Source: Candidatus Woesearchaeota archaeon (GTDB lineage: Archaea > Nanobdellota > Nanobdellia > Woesearchaeales > GW2011-AR9). Taken from it: a stretch of DNA of 64,000 nucleotides. The DNA lies in the NCBI GenBank assembly GCA_018302605.1, contig JAGVZN010000019.1, positions 29,803 to 93,802 of the forward strand. The letters run 5' to 3'. Shown piece after piece: positions 27,294 to 37,668 of the stretch. How positions within the stretch are numbered: position 1 is the stretch's first letter; every line of letters begins with the position of its first letter. The translations under genes and the position numbers were made by a program. The notes beneath the pieces were generated by a model. It searched no databases. It saw nothing but the letters and a program-made list of their open reading frames with translations, and was not told where the DNA came from.

Positions 27294-28415
27294 ATGACAT
27301 CAATTATCTATTGTAAGAAGTGTGTACAGCCAAATACGCGGCCAAATATCAAATTCGATGACGAAGGTATTTGCCCGGCATGCCAATACGTAGAGAAAAT
27401 CCCAAATATTGATTGGAAAGCAAGAAAAGAAGAACTAAAAGAGATCATTAAAACGTGTAAGAGAGAAAATGTTTCCGGATACGATTGTATCATCGGAGTC
27501 AGCGGTGGAAAAGATAGTACACGCCAAGTGATGTATGTAAAAGAATTAGGTCTTAAACCGCTACTCGTTTCCTGTACCTACCCACCTGAACAGCAATCAG
27601 AGAGAGGAGCGCATAATCTCGGCAACATGATCTCCCTTGGATTTGATACGATCACGATCAGCCCTGCTCCTGAGACCTGGAAAAAGATGATGAAACAGGG
27701 TTTCTTCAAGTACGGAAACATCTTCAAATCAACAGAAATGCCCTTGTTTGCGAGTGTCCCGAAAGTTGCCATTGCCTATCATATTCCTCTCATCCTGTGG
27801 GGAGAGAATCCAGCAACACAAATCGGAGAACTGGGAGCCGGATCTCTAGATTGGAATGGAAATAACCTTAAGCGGGCCAATACCATTGCCAGCGGACCCA
27901 GTGTCCTTTTTCAGGAGACTATTTCAAAAAAAGATACTTTGTGGTATCATTATCCTGAAGACTGGGAGATGGAAGCCGCAAACTTGCAGATTGTCTACCT
28001 CGGATATTTTATGGGTGATTGGAGCAAGACAAATAATGCGAATTTTTCCATTGCGCACGGGATCGAGATACGCGATGATACTTCAGAGGAAATGGGAGCG
28101 TTGCATCCTTTCGAATCTCTAGACGAAGATTTTGTTTTTGTCAACCAGATGATGAAATATCTTAAATTTGGATTTGGAAAAGTCACAGATGAGGTCTGTG
28201 AACTTATTCGCGCCGATAAAATGACCCGAGAAGAAGGAATCGAACTAGTTAGAAAATATGAGGGGAAATGTGCTCGAAAATATATCATTCAATTTTGTAA
28301 ATACCTGGAGATCACGGAAGAGCAGTTCTGGAAAGTTGCCGAATCTTTTCGAAATCGCGAGATCTGGCACCAAGATGGAAAAAGAAACTGGAAACTGAAA
28401 AATCAAATATTGTAA
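27294..28415 (+). CDS. N-acetyl sugar amidotransferase (WbuX / PseA / AglX-like, PP-loop ATP pyrophosphatase)
   Basis: N-terminal Zn-ribbon CKKCVQPNTRPNIKFDDEGICPACQY then PP-loop YDCIIGVSGGKDSTRQV. Confidence 0.8.
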   Translation: MTSIIYCKKCVQPNTRPNIKFDDEGICPACQYVEKIPNIDWKARKEELKEIIKTCKRENVSGYDCIIGVSGGKDSTRQVMYVKELGLKPLLVSCTYPPEQQSERGAHNLGNMISLGFDTITISPAPETWKKMMKQGFFKYGNIFKSTEMPLFASVPKVAIAYHIPLILWGENPATQIGELGAGSLDWNGNNLKRANTIASGPSVLFQETISKKDTLWYHYPEDWEMEAANLQIVYLGYFMGDWSKTNNANFSIAHGIEIRDDTSEEMGALHPFESLDEDFVFVNQMMKYLKFGFGKVTDEVCELIRADKMTREEGIELVRKYEGKCARKYIIQFCKYLEITEEQFWKVAESFRNREIWHQDGKRNWKLKNQIL

Positions 28416-28420
28416 GAAAA

Positions 28421-29101
28421 ATGGAAGAAGAACAAAACAAAAACAGCACAAAAGATACCAAGAAGCACGATATTTTAGTGATAGATTATCATGTGGGGAA
28501 CCATCGTTCAGTCCTTAATGCCCTTTCTCTTCTGGGATATCACTACAAAGTTTCCAGCGAGAAAGAGGAGATCGCAAAAGCACCAGCATACATTCTGCCC
28601 GGGGTTGGAGCGTTTAGTGAGGCAATGACTAATCTTCAGAATCTGGGAATTATTGATACACTCAAAGAGCAAATTCTTAACCATAAAAAGCCTATACTGG
28701 GAATCTGTTTGGGGATGCAAGTATTGGCAGAAAGTTCAACAGAAAATGGTTTCCATAAAGGTCTCGGCATCATCAAAGGGAGTGTGATGAGGATCGATTC
28801 TCACAAAGATATTAAAATACCCCACGTAGGATGGAATAATCTATCCATCCATCAAAAAGACCCGCTATTCACAAGAACAGATGAGGAAGCACACTTTTAT
28901 TTTGATCACAGTTATCATATTGCCTGTGATCATTCCATTATTTCCGCGACGTGTACCCATGGAAGCGAGATCACCGCAGCAATCCAATCAGACAACATAT
29001 TTGGAGTGCAATTCCACCCAGAAAAAAGCCAAAAAAATGGATTGCTCTTACTGAGAGGCTTTTTTAATTACATCAAACAGAGGGAAAGTAAAAATGCTTA
29101 A
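28421..29101 (+). CDS. HisH-like class I glutamine amidotransferase (WbuY / AglY-like)
   Basis: ILVIDYHVGNHRSV ... LPGVGAFSEAM ... ILGICLGMQVLAE (GATase triad region). Confidence 0.8.
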   Translation: MEEEQNKNSTKDTKKHDILVIDYHVGNHRSVLNALSLLGYHYKVSSEKEEIAKAPAYILPGVGAFSEAMTNLQNLGIIDTLKEQILNHKKPILGICLGMQVLAESSTENGFHKGLGIIKGSVMRIDSHKDIKIPHVGWNNLSIHQKDPLFTRTDEEAHFYFDHSYHIACDHSIISATCTHGSEITAAIQSDNIFGVQFHPEKSQKNGLLLLRGFFNYIKQRESKNA

Positions 29102-29978
29102 ACATCGATTGGTTGCCTGCCTCACGCTTAAAGAAAGAATAATTGTGCAGAGTATTGGCTTCGAAAAATACCTGCCTATCGGAAGACCAGAGATTACTAT
29201 AGAATTTCTCAACAATTGGGGCATTGATGAGATTGTGGTACTAGACATAGATGCCACTCGAGAAAGCAGGCTTGTGGATATCGAACTCGTACAGAGAATT
29301 TCAAAGAAGTGTTTTGTCCCATTAACGGTTGGAGGAGGAATAACCACTGTTGAAGAAATGAAAGAGCTTATTCGCCAAGGTGCAGACAAGATTTGTATCA
29401 ATACCTCGGCAATCCAAAATCCTCCATTGATCAGAGAAGCATCACACGTATTAGGAAGTCAGTGTGTTGTCGTTTCTCTCGATGTCAAAAAGAATGGCCG
29501 TGGGGAATACGAAATATTTACTCACTCCGGAAAGAAAGCAACAGGGATAAATCCTCGAGATTTCGCCCAGAAAGCCGAAGCACTTGGGGCCGGAGAGATA
29601 TTTATCACTTCCATCACTCGAGATGGTTCGAAACAAGGATACGATCTTGAACTGATCAAAGAGATCTCTCGTGCGGTCTCCATTCCCGTTGTAGCCTGCG
29701 GGGGTGTAGGAAACCCATCTCATTTTGTCGAAGCAATCAGAGAAAGTACGGTCAGTGCCGTGGCCGCAGGAAATTATTTTCATTTTACGGAACACAGCCC
29801 GATGATTACAAAAGCATTTATCAGCAAATGCCCAGATGCAAAAATAAGATTTGACACTTATGCAGACTACCGCCACTTTTCGTTTATGAATGAGAAAATG
29901 ACCCATCGGATCGATAAGAAAGAAGACCAATATTTGAAAGATACCCGGTTCAAATATCATCCAAAGGAGGTCATATGA
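29094..29978 (+). CDS. HisF-like cyclase/synthase subunit (WbuZ / AglZ-like)
   Basis: DEIVVLDIDAT ... LTVGGGITTVEEM ... VVACGGVGNPSHF (HisF TIM-barrel phosphate-binding motifs). Confidence 0.8.
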   Translation: MLKHRLVACLTLKERIIVQSIGFEKYLPIGRPEITIEFLNNWGIDEIVVLDIDATRESRLVDIELVQRISKKCFVPLTVGGGITTVEEMKELIRQGADKICINTSAIQNPPLIREASHVLGSQCVVVSLDVKKNGRGEYEIFTHSGKKATGINPRDFAQKAEALGAGEIFITSITRDGSKQGYDLELIKEISRAVSIPVVACGGVGNPSHFVEAIRESTVSAVAAGNYFHFTEHSPMITKAFISKCPDAKIRFDTYADYRHFSFMNEKMTHRIDKKEDQYLKDTRFKYHPKEVI

Positions 29979-31255
29979 GATATTGTCAGCGGTGTCTTTA
30001 TCCCAAAAACCACCCTTTGGGCATCATCTTCGATGACAAAGGAGTCTGCAGTGGATGTAGAATTCATGAAGAGAAGGACGTTCTCGATTGGAAAGAACGA
30101 GAAGAGAAACTAAAGATTCTTCTAGAAAGATATAAAGATAAATCCGGAGAGAACTATGACTGTATCATTCCTGTCAGTGGAGCAAGAGATTCTTATTATA
30201 TTGTCCATCTTGTAAAAAATGTGTACGGCCTTAACCCTCTATTAGTAACGTACAATAAACAGTACAACACGGAAATCGGCATTAGAAATCTAGCGAATCT
30301 CAGAACGATATTTGATTGTGATATTCTCACTCTCACCGTCAACCCCGAAACGGTAAAGAAAATAACAAGAGCAACCTTGGTTAAGATGGGGAGCATATAT
30401 TGGCATTGCTTAGCGGGACAAACTGTTTTCCCTGTTCAAGTCGCCGTCCGCTTCAAGATCCCATTGATCATTTGGGGGGCTCATCAAGGATGCGATCAGG
30501 TGGGGATGTTTTCTCATATAGATGAAGTTGAGATGACGAGAAGGTACCGCAAAGAGCACGATTTATTAGGATTCGAAGCGGAAGATAATATCTCAGAACT
30601 GATGCAAGTGAGTGAAGAAGATCTAAAACCATTTGTCTATCCCCATGATAAAGAGATAGAGAAAGTAGGGGTTCGAGGAATTTATCTCAGTAATTATATC
30701 CGTTGGGACTCGAAAAAACAGCATGAAGAGATGATCCAACGGTATGAATATGAAACGATCGCACAAGAGAGGACTATTGATACGTATAATGACGTAGACT
30801 GTTTCCATTATTCTGATCTCCACGATTATATCAAATTTTTAAAATGGGGATATGGAAAAATAACCGACCATGCCACACGTGAGATACGTCTCAAAAGATT
30901 AACACGAAAAGAGGGGATCGAGTTAGTAAAGAGGTATCAAGACCAAAAACCGCAAAATCTTCAGCTATTTCTGAATTGGATCGGGATGACAGAGAAAGGT
31001 TTTTATTACCTCGTCAACCAACATCGAGATCAGAAAATTTGGAAAGAAAAAGAAGGAAATCAATGGGAACTAAGAGATTCTGTGACCAACCACTCCGATG
31101 ATGCTGGTGCCAAAGAAGTAGCCCTCGATAAAGTGGAGAATTGTATCTTCCAACTAACTCATCTCAAGAAAGATCAACCTGAAGAGAAGAGATATACTCT
31201 TATTGGGAGGGGATACATCGATAGGGGTGGGAGGGGAAGAGAGATTAAGAGGTAG
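29975..31255 (+). CDS. N-acetyl sugar amidotransferase, second paralog (WbuX/PseA-like)
   Basis: CQRCLYPKNHPLGIIFDDKGVCSGCR Zn-ribbon then PP-loop YDCIIPVSGARDSYYIV. Strong AAGGAGGT Shine-Dalgarno 7 nt upstream. Confidence 0.8.
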   Translation: MRYCQRCLYPKNHPLGIIFDDKGVCSGCRIHEEKDVLDWKEREEKLKILLERYKDKSGENYDCIIPVSGARDSYYIVHLVKNVYGLNPLLVTYNKQYNTEIGIRNLANLRTIFDCDILTLTVNPETVKKITRATLVKMGSIYWHCLAGQTVFPVQVAVRFKIPLIIWGAHQGCDQVGMFSHIDEVEMTRRYRKEHDLLGFEAEDNISELMQVSEEDLKPFVYPHDKEIEKVGVRGIYLSNYIRWDSKKQHEEMIQRYEYETIAQERTIDTYNDVDCFHYSDLHDYIKFLKWGYGKITDHATREIRLKRLTRKEGIELVKRYQDQKPQNLQLFLNWIGMTEKGFYYLVNQHRDQKIWKEKEGNQWELRDSVTNHSDDAGAKEVALDKVENCIFQLTHLKKDQPEEKRYTLIGRGYIDRGGRGREIKR

Positions 31256-31263
31256 TACCAAAA

Positions 31264-31836
31264 ATGGAAGAAATAATCAAAAACAAAAAAGAGATCATTA
31301 TCACCGGAAACAGGATCAAATTAGTCTCGTTTACTGACCAGCATCTTCAGGACCCGCATTATTTAATGTGGTTGCGAGATTATGATATTGTCAAGTTTAT
31401 TAATCGGAGAGAATATCTTCAAAAGATCAGTTTTGATGACGTCAAAGAATACATCAAAAACATCAGGGCAAGCAAAAGAGATATATTCTTCGCCATTGAA
31501 ATTCTAGAAAATAACCGTTTCATTGGAACATTCAAGATCGCTGACATTGATATTTACACTAAAAAGGCGGGATTGGGAGTCTTGATTGGAGACAAATCAC
31601 TCTGGGGAAGCGGTCTGGCTAGCGAAGCTATCAGCCTGGGGATTGACTTCTGTTTTAATATCATGGGATTACACAAGATCTGTGGTGGATGTATCGAGCC
31701 CAACACAGGGATGAAAAAAATATTTGAAAAACTCGGCTTTAGCAAAGAAGGACACTTCAAAGAACATGATCTTTTTGAAGGAAGATACATTGATCATATC
31801 CATTATGGCTTATTACGAAAAGATTACCACCATTAA
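31264..31836 (+). CDS. GNAT-family N-acetyltransferase (RimL/PseH-like)
   Basis: 190 aa; GNAT core LGVLIGDKSLWGSGLASEAISLGIDFCF. Confidence 0.65.
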   Translation: MEEIIKNKKEIIITGNRIKLVSFTDQHLQDPHYLMWLRDYDIVKFINRREYLQKISFDDVKEYIKNIRASKRDIFFAIEILENNRFIGTFKIADIDIYTKKAGLGVLIGDKSLWGSGLASEAISLGIDFCFNIMGLHKICGGCIEPNTGMKKIFEKLGFSKEGHFKEHDLFEGRYIDHIHYGLLRKDYHH

Positions 31837-31879
31837 AAAGAAAGCTAACTGCACCCCCGCACTGTCAAAGTAGGCTGGG

Positions 31880-32818
31880 TCATTTTTTGACTGCGTGAAT
31901 CTGAATAAACGTTGGTCGTAATACTTTCTTCCGAATCAGATGGGAATCTAAGAATTTAAGGAAACGAGCTAAAGCATACTTATCATCTCCTCGCAACCCG
32001 CCAATCAACTTATCAATAAATGCATCCGAATATTCGACTCTTTGAACCTGAAAGTATTTCTTTATCCCGTCAAGCATTCCTTCTTCAGACGAATTGATAT
32101 TATCCATCGGAGACTGTTCATGCTCTCCCTGGAAAGTATATTCATTGTAGATATCATTAACATAAGCATCCCAAGAAGCAGGATCGCCGATCTTATTGAA
32201 TTTCTCCTCAAATGATATCCACGTTGGTAAAACTGCTCTGAGAATCGCAGCAAACTCCGCCTGATCTTTCGTAAAATTATCTTCTATCGGTTCACAGACA
32301 ATGAGGTTGCCCTTTTTCTTCAACGCTCGATGAACTTTCTGGAGGACACGATCAATGTCCGCAAGATGATGGAGGGATCCAAAAAAAATGATAGAATCAT
32401 AGGTCTCTGTTCCGAGATCGAACGAAAGAATATCAGCACATTGATAATGCAATTTCAATTTTAAATGGTGATCAGTGAATTCCTGAGCAATCTTAATGCT
32501 TTGAGGAGACAAGTCTACACCGAGGACATCAAGACCATTTCTGGCAAGTTCCAGAGAAAGATAACCATAACCACAGCCGAGTTCAACAACTTTTCCCCCT
32601 CTCTCTCGAGCAATATTTAGCACAAAATCAACTTTTGGTAATAGATGAATCTTCACAAATTCAGGATCACGCCAGACATTATTATAAAACCAATCCACCT
32701 TCTTTAAACGTCGAAGATCAGGAATAAATCCATTCTTAATTCTCTCATCAACTTGACGGTCAAAAGCTTCAGCCTCTTTCTTCAATAGTTCATTGGGGTC
32801 GGTGTTATGAAGATTCAT
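31880..32818 (-). CDS. class I SAM-dependent methyltransferase
   Basis: VVELGCGYGYLSLELARNGLDVLGVDLS (motif I) ... LKKKGNLIV. Confidence 0.7.
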   Translation of the reverse strand: MNLHNTDPNELLKKEAEAFDRQVDERIKNGFIPDLRRLKKVDWFYNNVWRDPEFVKIHLLPKVDFVLNIARERGGKVVELGCGYGYLSLELARNGLDVLGVDLSPQSIKIAQEFTDHHLKLKLHYQCADILSFDLGTETYDSIIFFGSLHHLADIDRVLQKVHRALKKKGNLIVCEPIEDNFTKDQAEFAAILRAVLPTWISFEEKFNKIGDPASWDAYVNDIYNEYTFQGEHEQSPMDNINSSEEGMLDGIKKYFQVQRVEYSDAFIDKLIGGLRGDDKYALARFLKFLDSHLIRKKVLRPTFIQIHAVKK

Positions 32819-34062
32819 GAAGACTTTTTCCTCTCTGCCTCAACTTGAAGAATCGTTTCACGCAAAGCTTTTGCCTGTTCCCGAGCTTCTTCTAAGTCAA
32901 GATAATTAGTTTTAAAATGCATTAACTTTGGCTGTAATCGTTCGGCAACAGGACAAAGGCCCGGCTTATATTCCTGTTTTTTTCCTTTATACAAATCCGA
33001 ATCGATTGGGAAAAAAACACCGAGGAATTGTCGGTTTTGAAAGATTGGTTCATTATACGTTAACTGCCAAGCGCCATAGAAAAAATCACCACCCAGAGAA
33101 TAAAACTTCTTACGGAAGTCCTGCCAGGAACAACCCGCTTCTTTCTCTTCAAAACGACAAACAAATGTCCAGTAGGAATTAATATAACCTGGAGGTGCAT
33201 ATTGTGGTACGAGCCAGGAACAGTCCCCTACAGCTTCTCTAAAGAGAGCGCCAATCTTCATCCTCATTTCAACAAGTTCATCAATTCTCTCAGTCTGTTC
33301 CAAAGCGACTGCGCCCTGAAGATCAGACATGCGATAATTCCACCCCATGGAATCATGACGAAGAGATGTTGGATCACCTCGATCTTTCTTGGCGATCACA
33401 CCTCCACTCGAACCAGTTAGTGTATGATATCCAAAACAAGAAAATTTTCGTACTGCTGTCGCTAATTTTTCATCATTAGTGATAACAATTCCCCCATCAC
33501 CACACGTGATGTGTTTAGAAGCTTGTAGGCTAAAGCTTGCCATATGACCTAAAGTTCCAACCAACTTGCTTTTATAGGTACTCAAAAGACATTCAGCGCT
33601 ATCTTCGATGACAGCCAAATTGTGTTCGCGAGCGATCTTCATGATTTCATCCATATCCGCGGGCAAGCCGTAAAGATGTACTGGAATAATCGCTTTGGTG
33701 AGAGGGGTAATTCTCTCTTTAATGCTCTTTGGATCAATATTGAACGTCCGTGGATCAATATCCGCAAACACGGGGATTGCCCCTTGATGTAAGACACAAT
33801 ACGTAGTCGCCGCTGCCGTCAATGGGGGGACAATAACCTCATCGCCTGGCTTCACACCGGCTGCCGCCAGGCATGAATGCATTGTTGCGGTACCATTAGA
33901 ATGCGCAATGCCATAGGTAACACCCATTCTTTTGGCAAAGGCTTTCTCAAAACGATTAGTACAGCCTGGACCAGAAGAATTGCCAAACCCATATTCAACA
34001 ACTTCTTTGAGATACGTTAACGCCTTAGAACTGACTCTTCCCGGATGACCTTTTTTTTCCAT
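32815..34062 (-). CDS. DegT/DnrJ/EryC1/StrS-family PLP-dependent sugar aminotransferase
   Basis: 415 aa; ...IAHSNGTATMHSCLAAAGVKPGDEVIVPPLT...; 4-nt overlap with the downstream methyltransferase. Confidence 0.75.
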   Translation of the reverse strand: MEKKGHPGRVSSKALTYLKEVVEYGFGNSSGPGCTNRFEKAFAKRMGVTYGIAHSNGTATMHSCLAAAGVKPGDEVIVPPLTAAATTYCVLHQGAIPVFADIDPRTFNIDPKSIKERITPLTKAIIPVHLYGLPADMDEIMKIAREHNLAVIEDSAECLLSTYKSKLVGTLGHMASFSLQASKHITCGDGGIVITNDEKLATAVRKFSCFGYHTLTGSSGGVIAKKDRGDPTSLRHDSMGWNYRMSDLQGAVALEQTERIDELVEMRMKIGALFREAVGDCSWLVPQYAPPGYINSYWTFVCRFEEKEAGCSWQDFRKKFYSLGGDFFYGAWQLTYNEPIFQNRQFLGVFFPIDSDLYKGKKQEYKPGLCPVAERLQPKLMHFKTNYLDLEEAREQAKALRETILQVEAERKKSS

Positions 34063-34067
34063 TGCAA

Positions 34068-35471
34068 TTATTCCCCCATCTTATCAAGATATGTTTTGTA
34101 ATTAGAATACTTCGCATGAGTATAATCATCATAACGACCTTTCTCTAGAGAATCCATGATCTCTGCAATTCCTTCCGGAACACTCCATTTCGCAACAAAA
34201 CCTAATTCGTCTTTTATTTTTGAAAACGAAACGCGATAGTTCCTTTTATCGACATCCTGGTCGTCCACAGAAACCATAGCATCATGGACCTTTTGGGAGA
34301 TTGCTTCCGCAACATGAAAAATGGTTAAATTATTCTTTTCCGTACCAACATTAAAGATCTGGCCACGAACTTTTTCCAACGGAGATTCCAAAGCCAAAAC
34401 AATCGCTTGCGCCACATCTTCAACATGGACAAAAGGACGCCACTGATCACCGCCAAAAACAGTTATTTTCTTCTCTTTCAGAGCTTTCGCCGTCAATAAG
34501 TTTATAACGAGATCAAAGCGCATTCTCGGAGAAACACCGAAGACCGTAGATAGTCTAAAGATTGTGGGAGAGAAAAAGCCATCATCCATGCTCAAAATAG
34601 CTTGCTCGGCTTGAATCTTCATCCGCGCATAGAGAGATACAGGATTTAAGTTTGACTCTTCATCCAATAATTGGTCATTAATGCTTTCACCATAGACACT
34701 ACAAGAGGAAGTGTAAATAAATCGATTGATCTGGAAATACTTACAGACCTGAGCAACCATTTGGGTAGAAAGGAAATTAACCTGTTGTGTCTTTTGTGAA
34801 TCTACTGCACAGGCAGGATCGCCGACGATCTCCCCAAGTTGGACAACCGCATCGACGTCTTTCGTCGCAGTGATAATATTGTTAATATTTCCAATATCTC
34901 CTTGAATCAAAGTAAAATTCTCATTTTGAAGATGTGGCTCGATCGCCTCTCGTCCAAATAACAGGAGGTCTAAAACCACAACTTTATAGCCACGAGCGAG
35001 AAGCTTCCCCACAAGCACCGACCCGATATACCCTGCGCCGCCAACGACAAGAATTTTTCTTCCTCCCTTGGGGTGGGACGAGAAGAACGATGGAGACAAA
35101 AGAGATTGCTTCGACGCCTCGATACGGCTCCGCAGAACAATATTTGTTATTTTTCCCCCTTGATTAACGATGGGAAGATGGTTTATATCTTTATCGTGTA
35201 ATAATTTCATGACTTCCTGTTGAGTAAACCCCTCCTGCAAAGAGACGGCAGACGTATTCATGATCGCATCTATCGAGGTAGACAGTCCAAATCCTTTGAT
35301 AATTGCTCTTCGAATGTCCCCATCGGTAACTAAGCCGAGAAATTGCTGAGTAGAATCTACAACAACAGCAACACCATGGCCGTGGTGGTCTATCTTCTTC
35401 ATCACTTCACGTAAGGAATGATGGGGTCCTACAAAAAAAGCGTTAAGCTCATCTTTGCTTACTCCGAGCAT
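34068..35471 (-). CDS. CBS-pair domain fused to NAD-dependent nucleotide-sugar epimerase/dehydratase (extended SDR)
   Basis: N-terminal CBS pair (…GLVTDGDIRRAI…, …ITNIVLRSRI…); C-terminal KILVVGGAGYIGSVLVGKLLARGYKVVVLD Rossmann motif. Confidence 0.7.
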   Translation of the reverse strand: MLGVSKDELNAFFVGPHHSLREVMKKIDHHGHGVAVVVDSTQQFLGLVTDGDIRRAIIKGFGLSTSIDAIMNTSAVSLQEGFTQQEVMKLLHDKDINHLPIVNQGGKITNIVLRSRIEASKQSLLSPSFFSSHPKGGRKILVVGGAGYIGSVLVGKLLARGYKVVVLDLLLFGREAIEPHLQNENFTLIQGDIGNINNIITATKDVDAVVQLGEIVGDPACAVDSQKTQQVNFLSTQMVAQVCKYFQINRFIYTSSCSVYGESINDQLLDEESNLNPVSLYARMKIQAEQAILSMDDGFFSPTIFRLSTVFGVSPRMRFDLVINLLTAKALKEKKITVFGGDQWRPFVHVEDVAQAIVLALESPLEKVRGQIFNVGTEKNNLTIFHVAEAISQKVHDAMVSVDDQDVDKRNYRVSFSKIKDELGFVAKWSVPEGIAEIMDSLEKGRYDDYTHAKYSNYKTYLDKMGE

Positions 35472-37392
35472 TTAATAGTTCACCTCTAATTTTTCCGATT
35501 GCATCGCAGATAAAATCTATTTCCTCAGGAGTCATATGAGAATAAAGAGGCAGACTGATGATATTCTGGGAAATCGTTTCTGTCAACTGAAGAGGATGAC
35601 GCGCTTCTGTATCACGATACGCATCCTGTTGGTGAAGAGGCGGATAGAAATAATTCTTTGTCTGGATCCCTTTTTCCAGTAAGCGGGAGGAAAGTTCATC
35701 ACGTGGAACACCAAAGAGAGCAGGATCGATCAGAAGCGAGAAGTCTTTGTGAGTACTCTCTGCTCCTTCACCGATTTTCTGGAAAGAGATCCCGGGATAT
35801 GACCCGAGCTGCTTCTTATAATACGCTACTAGCTCATTTCGTCGACGGATGTTTTCTTTTAACATTGCCAACGAATGCAAACCAAGAAGCGCATGAAATT
35901 CACTCATCCGAGAACTAAGACCGGGATAATGACAATTATAATCTCCGGGGTCTCCATAAACCCGACCGATTCTGATCTTCCGCGCAAGGTCATCATCATT
36001 TGTCGTGACAATTCCCCCTTCACCAGTTACTAATAACTTCGTCGGAGAGCAGCTGAAAACTTCGGCATCACCAAAAGTGCTTACATTTCTTGAACCAACC
36101 CTAGAACCAAGGGCGTGAGCAGCATCAAAAATCAATTTGATATTGTGTTCTTTGGCAATCTTCTCTAGCTCTATGACATTTGCTGGACAACCAAAAAGAT
36201 GGACACCTAAAATCGCGGAAGTTTTATCGGTGATCGCTTCTCTTACTTTCTGGGGATCAATAGTATAAGTCTCTGGATCTACTTCAACAAAAACAGGTTT
36301 TAGTCCGTTCCATAAAATAGCATGTCCTGTCGCAGAAAAAGTAAAACTAGGGACGATTACCTCACCTTTCAAGCCCAATGCTTTCATCACTAACATCAAA
36401 CCGGAAGTGCAGGATGAAACTGCGATGACGTGCTTGACACCAAAGAATTCTTGAAGAGAGCGTTCTAACTTCTGAACATATTTATGATTAGTGATCAATC
36501 CTGAAGCAAAGATAGAACGTAATTCCGGCTCAATTTCTTCATAAGAAGGAAGAGTTGGCTTTGTGATGGGAATCATCTCTCTTGGTTGAGATAGCCTTTC
36601 TCTCATTTCTTTCTGGAAAACGAGCATTTGGATGGAACTATAGTTGCCCATGGCCGGGAGAAAACTGAAGAACTCAACAAATTTGTTATTATAAACAATT
36701 CCTTTAGATTTGTCCATCAAACTAGGGTATAAGACGCGTGCTCCGAAGTAATAAGTACTCAAGAAATGAGCATCTTGCCCTACATTTACTTCTTTAAACA
36801 AGGAAGCATTATGTTCTCGCAATTTCTTTTTATCAAAGAAATGATTGTGAAAAGGCTGAGGGATAGGCTCAAGACCAACTACATCTCTTGCTTTGTTTAA
36901 CTCGTCCCAACCATCAGTGAAAGATTCAACCATCAAGAAATAACCGTTGGGTTTCAGAACACGAGCGATCTCTTTCAACGCCTGTTGTTGACTCTCCCAA
37001 GAGTCAAGATTGATTAAGCATCTCTCTGTGATGACAAGTGAAAAAGAATTATCTGGAAAATCTAAATGAAGAGCATCGCCCCATTGAAAATGGGCTTTTT
37101 TCAGATTTCTCTTTTTAGCGATATCTAATAACTCGTTAGAGAAGTCAACCCCATAATAGGGGTTGAGGTAATCATTTCTTTCTAGCTCGGAAGCAAAAAA
37201 ACCGTTGCCGCAACCAATTTCAAGAAGGGGCGGTGTCGAACCGAGATTCTTGTTGACTAGATTCAATACTTTAAGTAGTTCTTGAATTTCTTTATCACGA
37301 ATGATAACATCCATCATCGTTGATTGCTTTGAACCTTGAAACAATTCCGCCTGTTTTTTGTAATGTTCTTTAACTTCGTCCGACCACACCAT
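35449..37392 (-). CDS. fusion: class I SAM methyltransferase (N-terminal) + DegT-family aminotransferase (C-terminal)
   Basis: LLEIGCGNGFFASELE motif I in the first ~250 aa; C-terminal half HVIAVSSCTSGLMLVMKAL ... FSCSPTKLL (PLP-lysine region of the DegT family). Confidence 0.7.
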   Translation of the reverse strand: MVWSDEVKEHYKKQAELFQGSKQSTMMDVIIRDKEIQELLKVLNLVNKNLGSTPPLLEIGCGNGFFASELERNDYLNPYYGVDFSNELLDIAKKRNLKKAHFQWGDALHLDFPDNSFSLVITERCLINLDSWESQQQALKEIARVLKPNGYFLMVESFTDGWDELNKARDVVGLEPIPQPFHNHFFDKKKLREHNASLFKEVNVGQDAHFLSTYYFGARVLYPSLMDKSKGIVYNNKFVEFFSFLPAMGNYSSIQMLVFQKEMRERLSQPREMIPITKPTLPSYEEIEPELRSIFASGLITNHKYVQKLERSLQEFFGVKHVIAVSSCTSGLMLVMKALGLKGEVIVPSFTFSATGHAILWNGLKPVFVEVDPETYTIDPQKVREAITDKTSAILGVHLFGCPANVIELEKIAKEHNIKLIFDAAHALGSRVGSRNVSTFGDAEVFSCSPTKLLVTGEGGIVTTNDDDLARKIRIGRVYGDPGDYNCHYPGLSSRMSEFHALLGLHSLAMLKENIRRRNELVAYYKKQLGSYPGISFQKIGEGAESTHKDFSLLIDPALFGVPRDELSSRLLEKGIQTKNYFYPPLHQQDAYRDTEARHPLQLTETISQNIISLPLYSHMTPEEIDFICDAIGKIRGELLNARSKQR

Positions 37393-37668
37393 GACCCCTG
37401 AAAGAAGTAAGATGGTTTTTAAATTTTGTTAAATTAAAGTTCTACTAAACAGGAGTTCTGCTTCAGCTAAACCTTCGAAAAAGTCGCCATGACCAAGAGG
37501 TAGGAATTTGAACAGCTTTAGTTCCTCGTATTGGTGCCGCATCATTAATGGACAAACAGCCGGAGCGGCACAAATTCTACGGCCAAGGCGACATTTTCGA
37601 GATTTTCTACAGAGCTACTTAACTCCCATTGCATAATCTTTATAAGCGATTTTCGATCGGAGCAGTAT

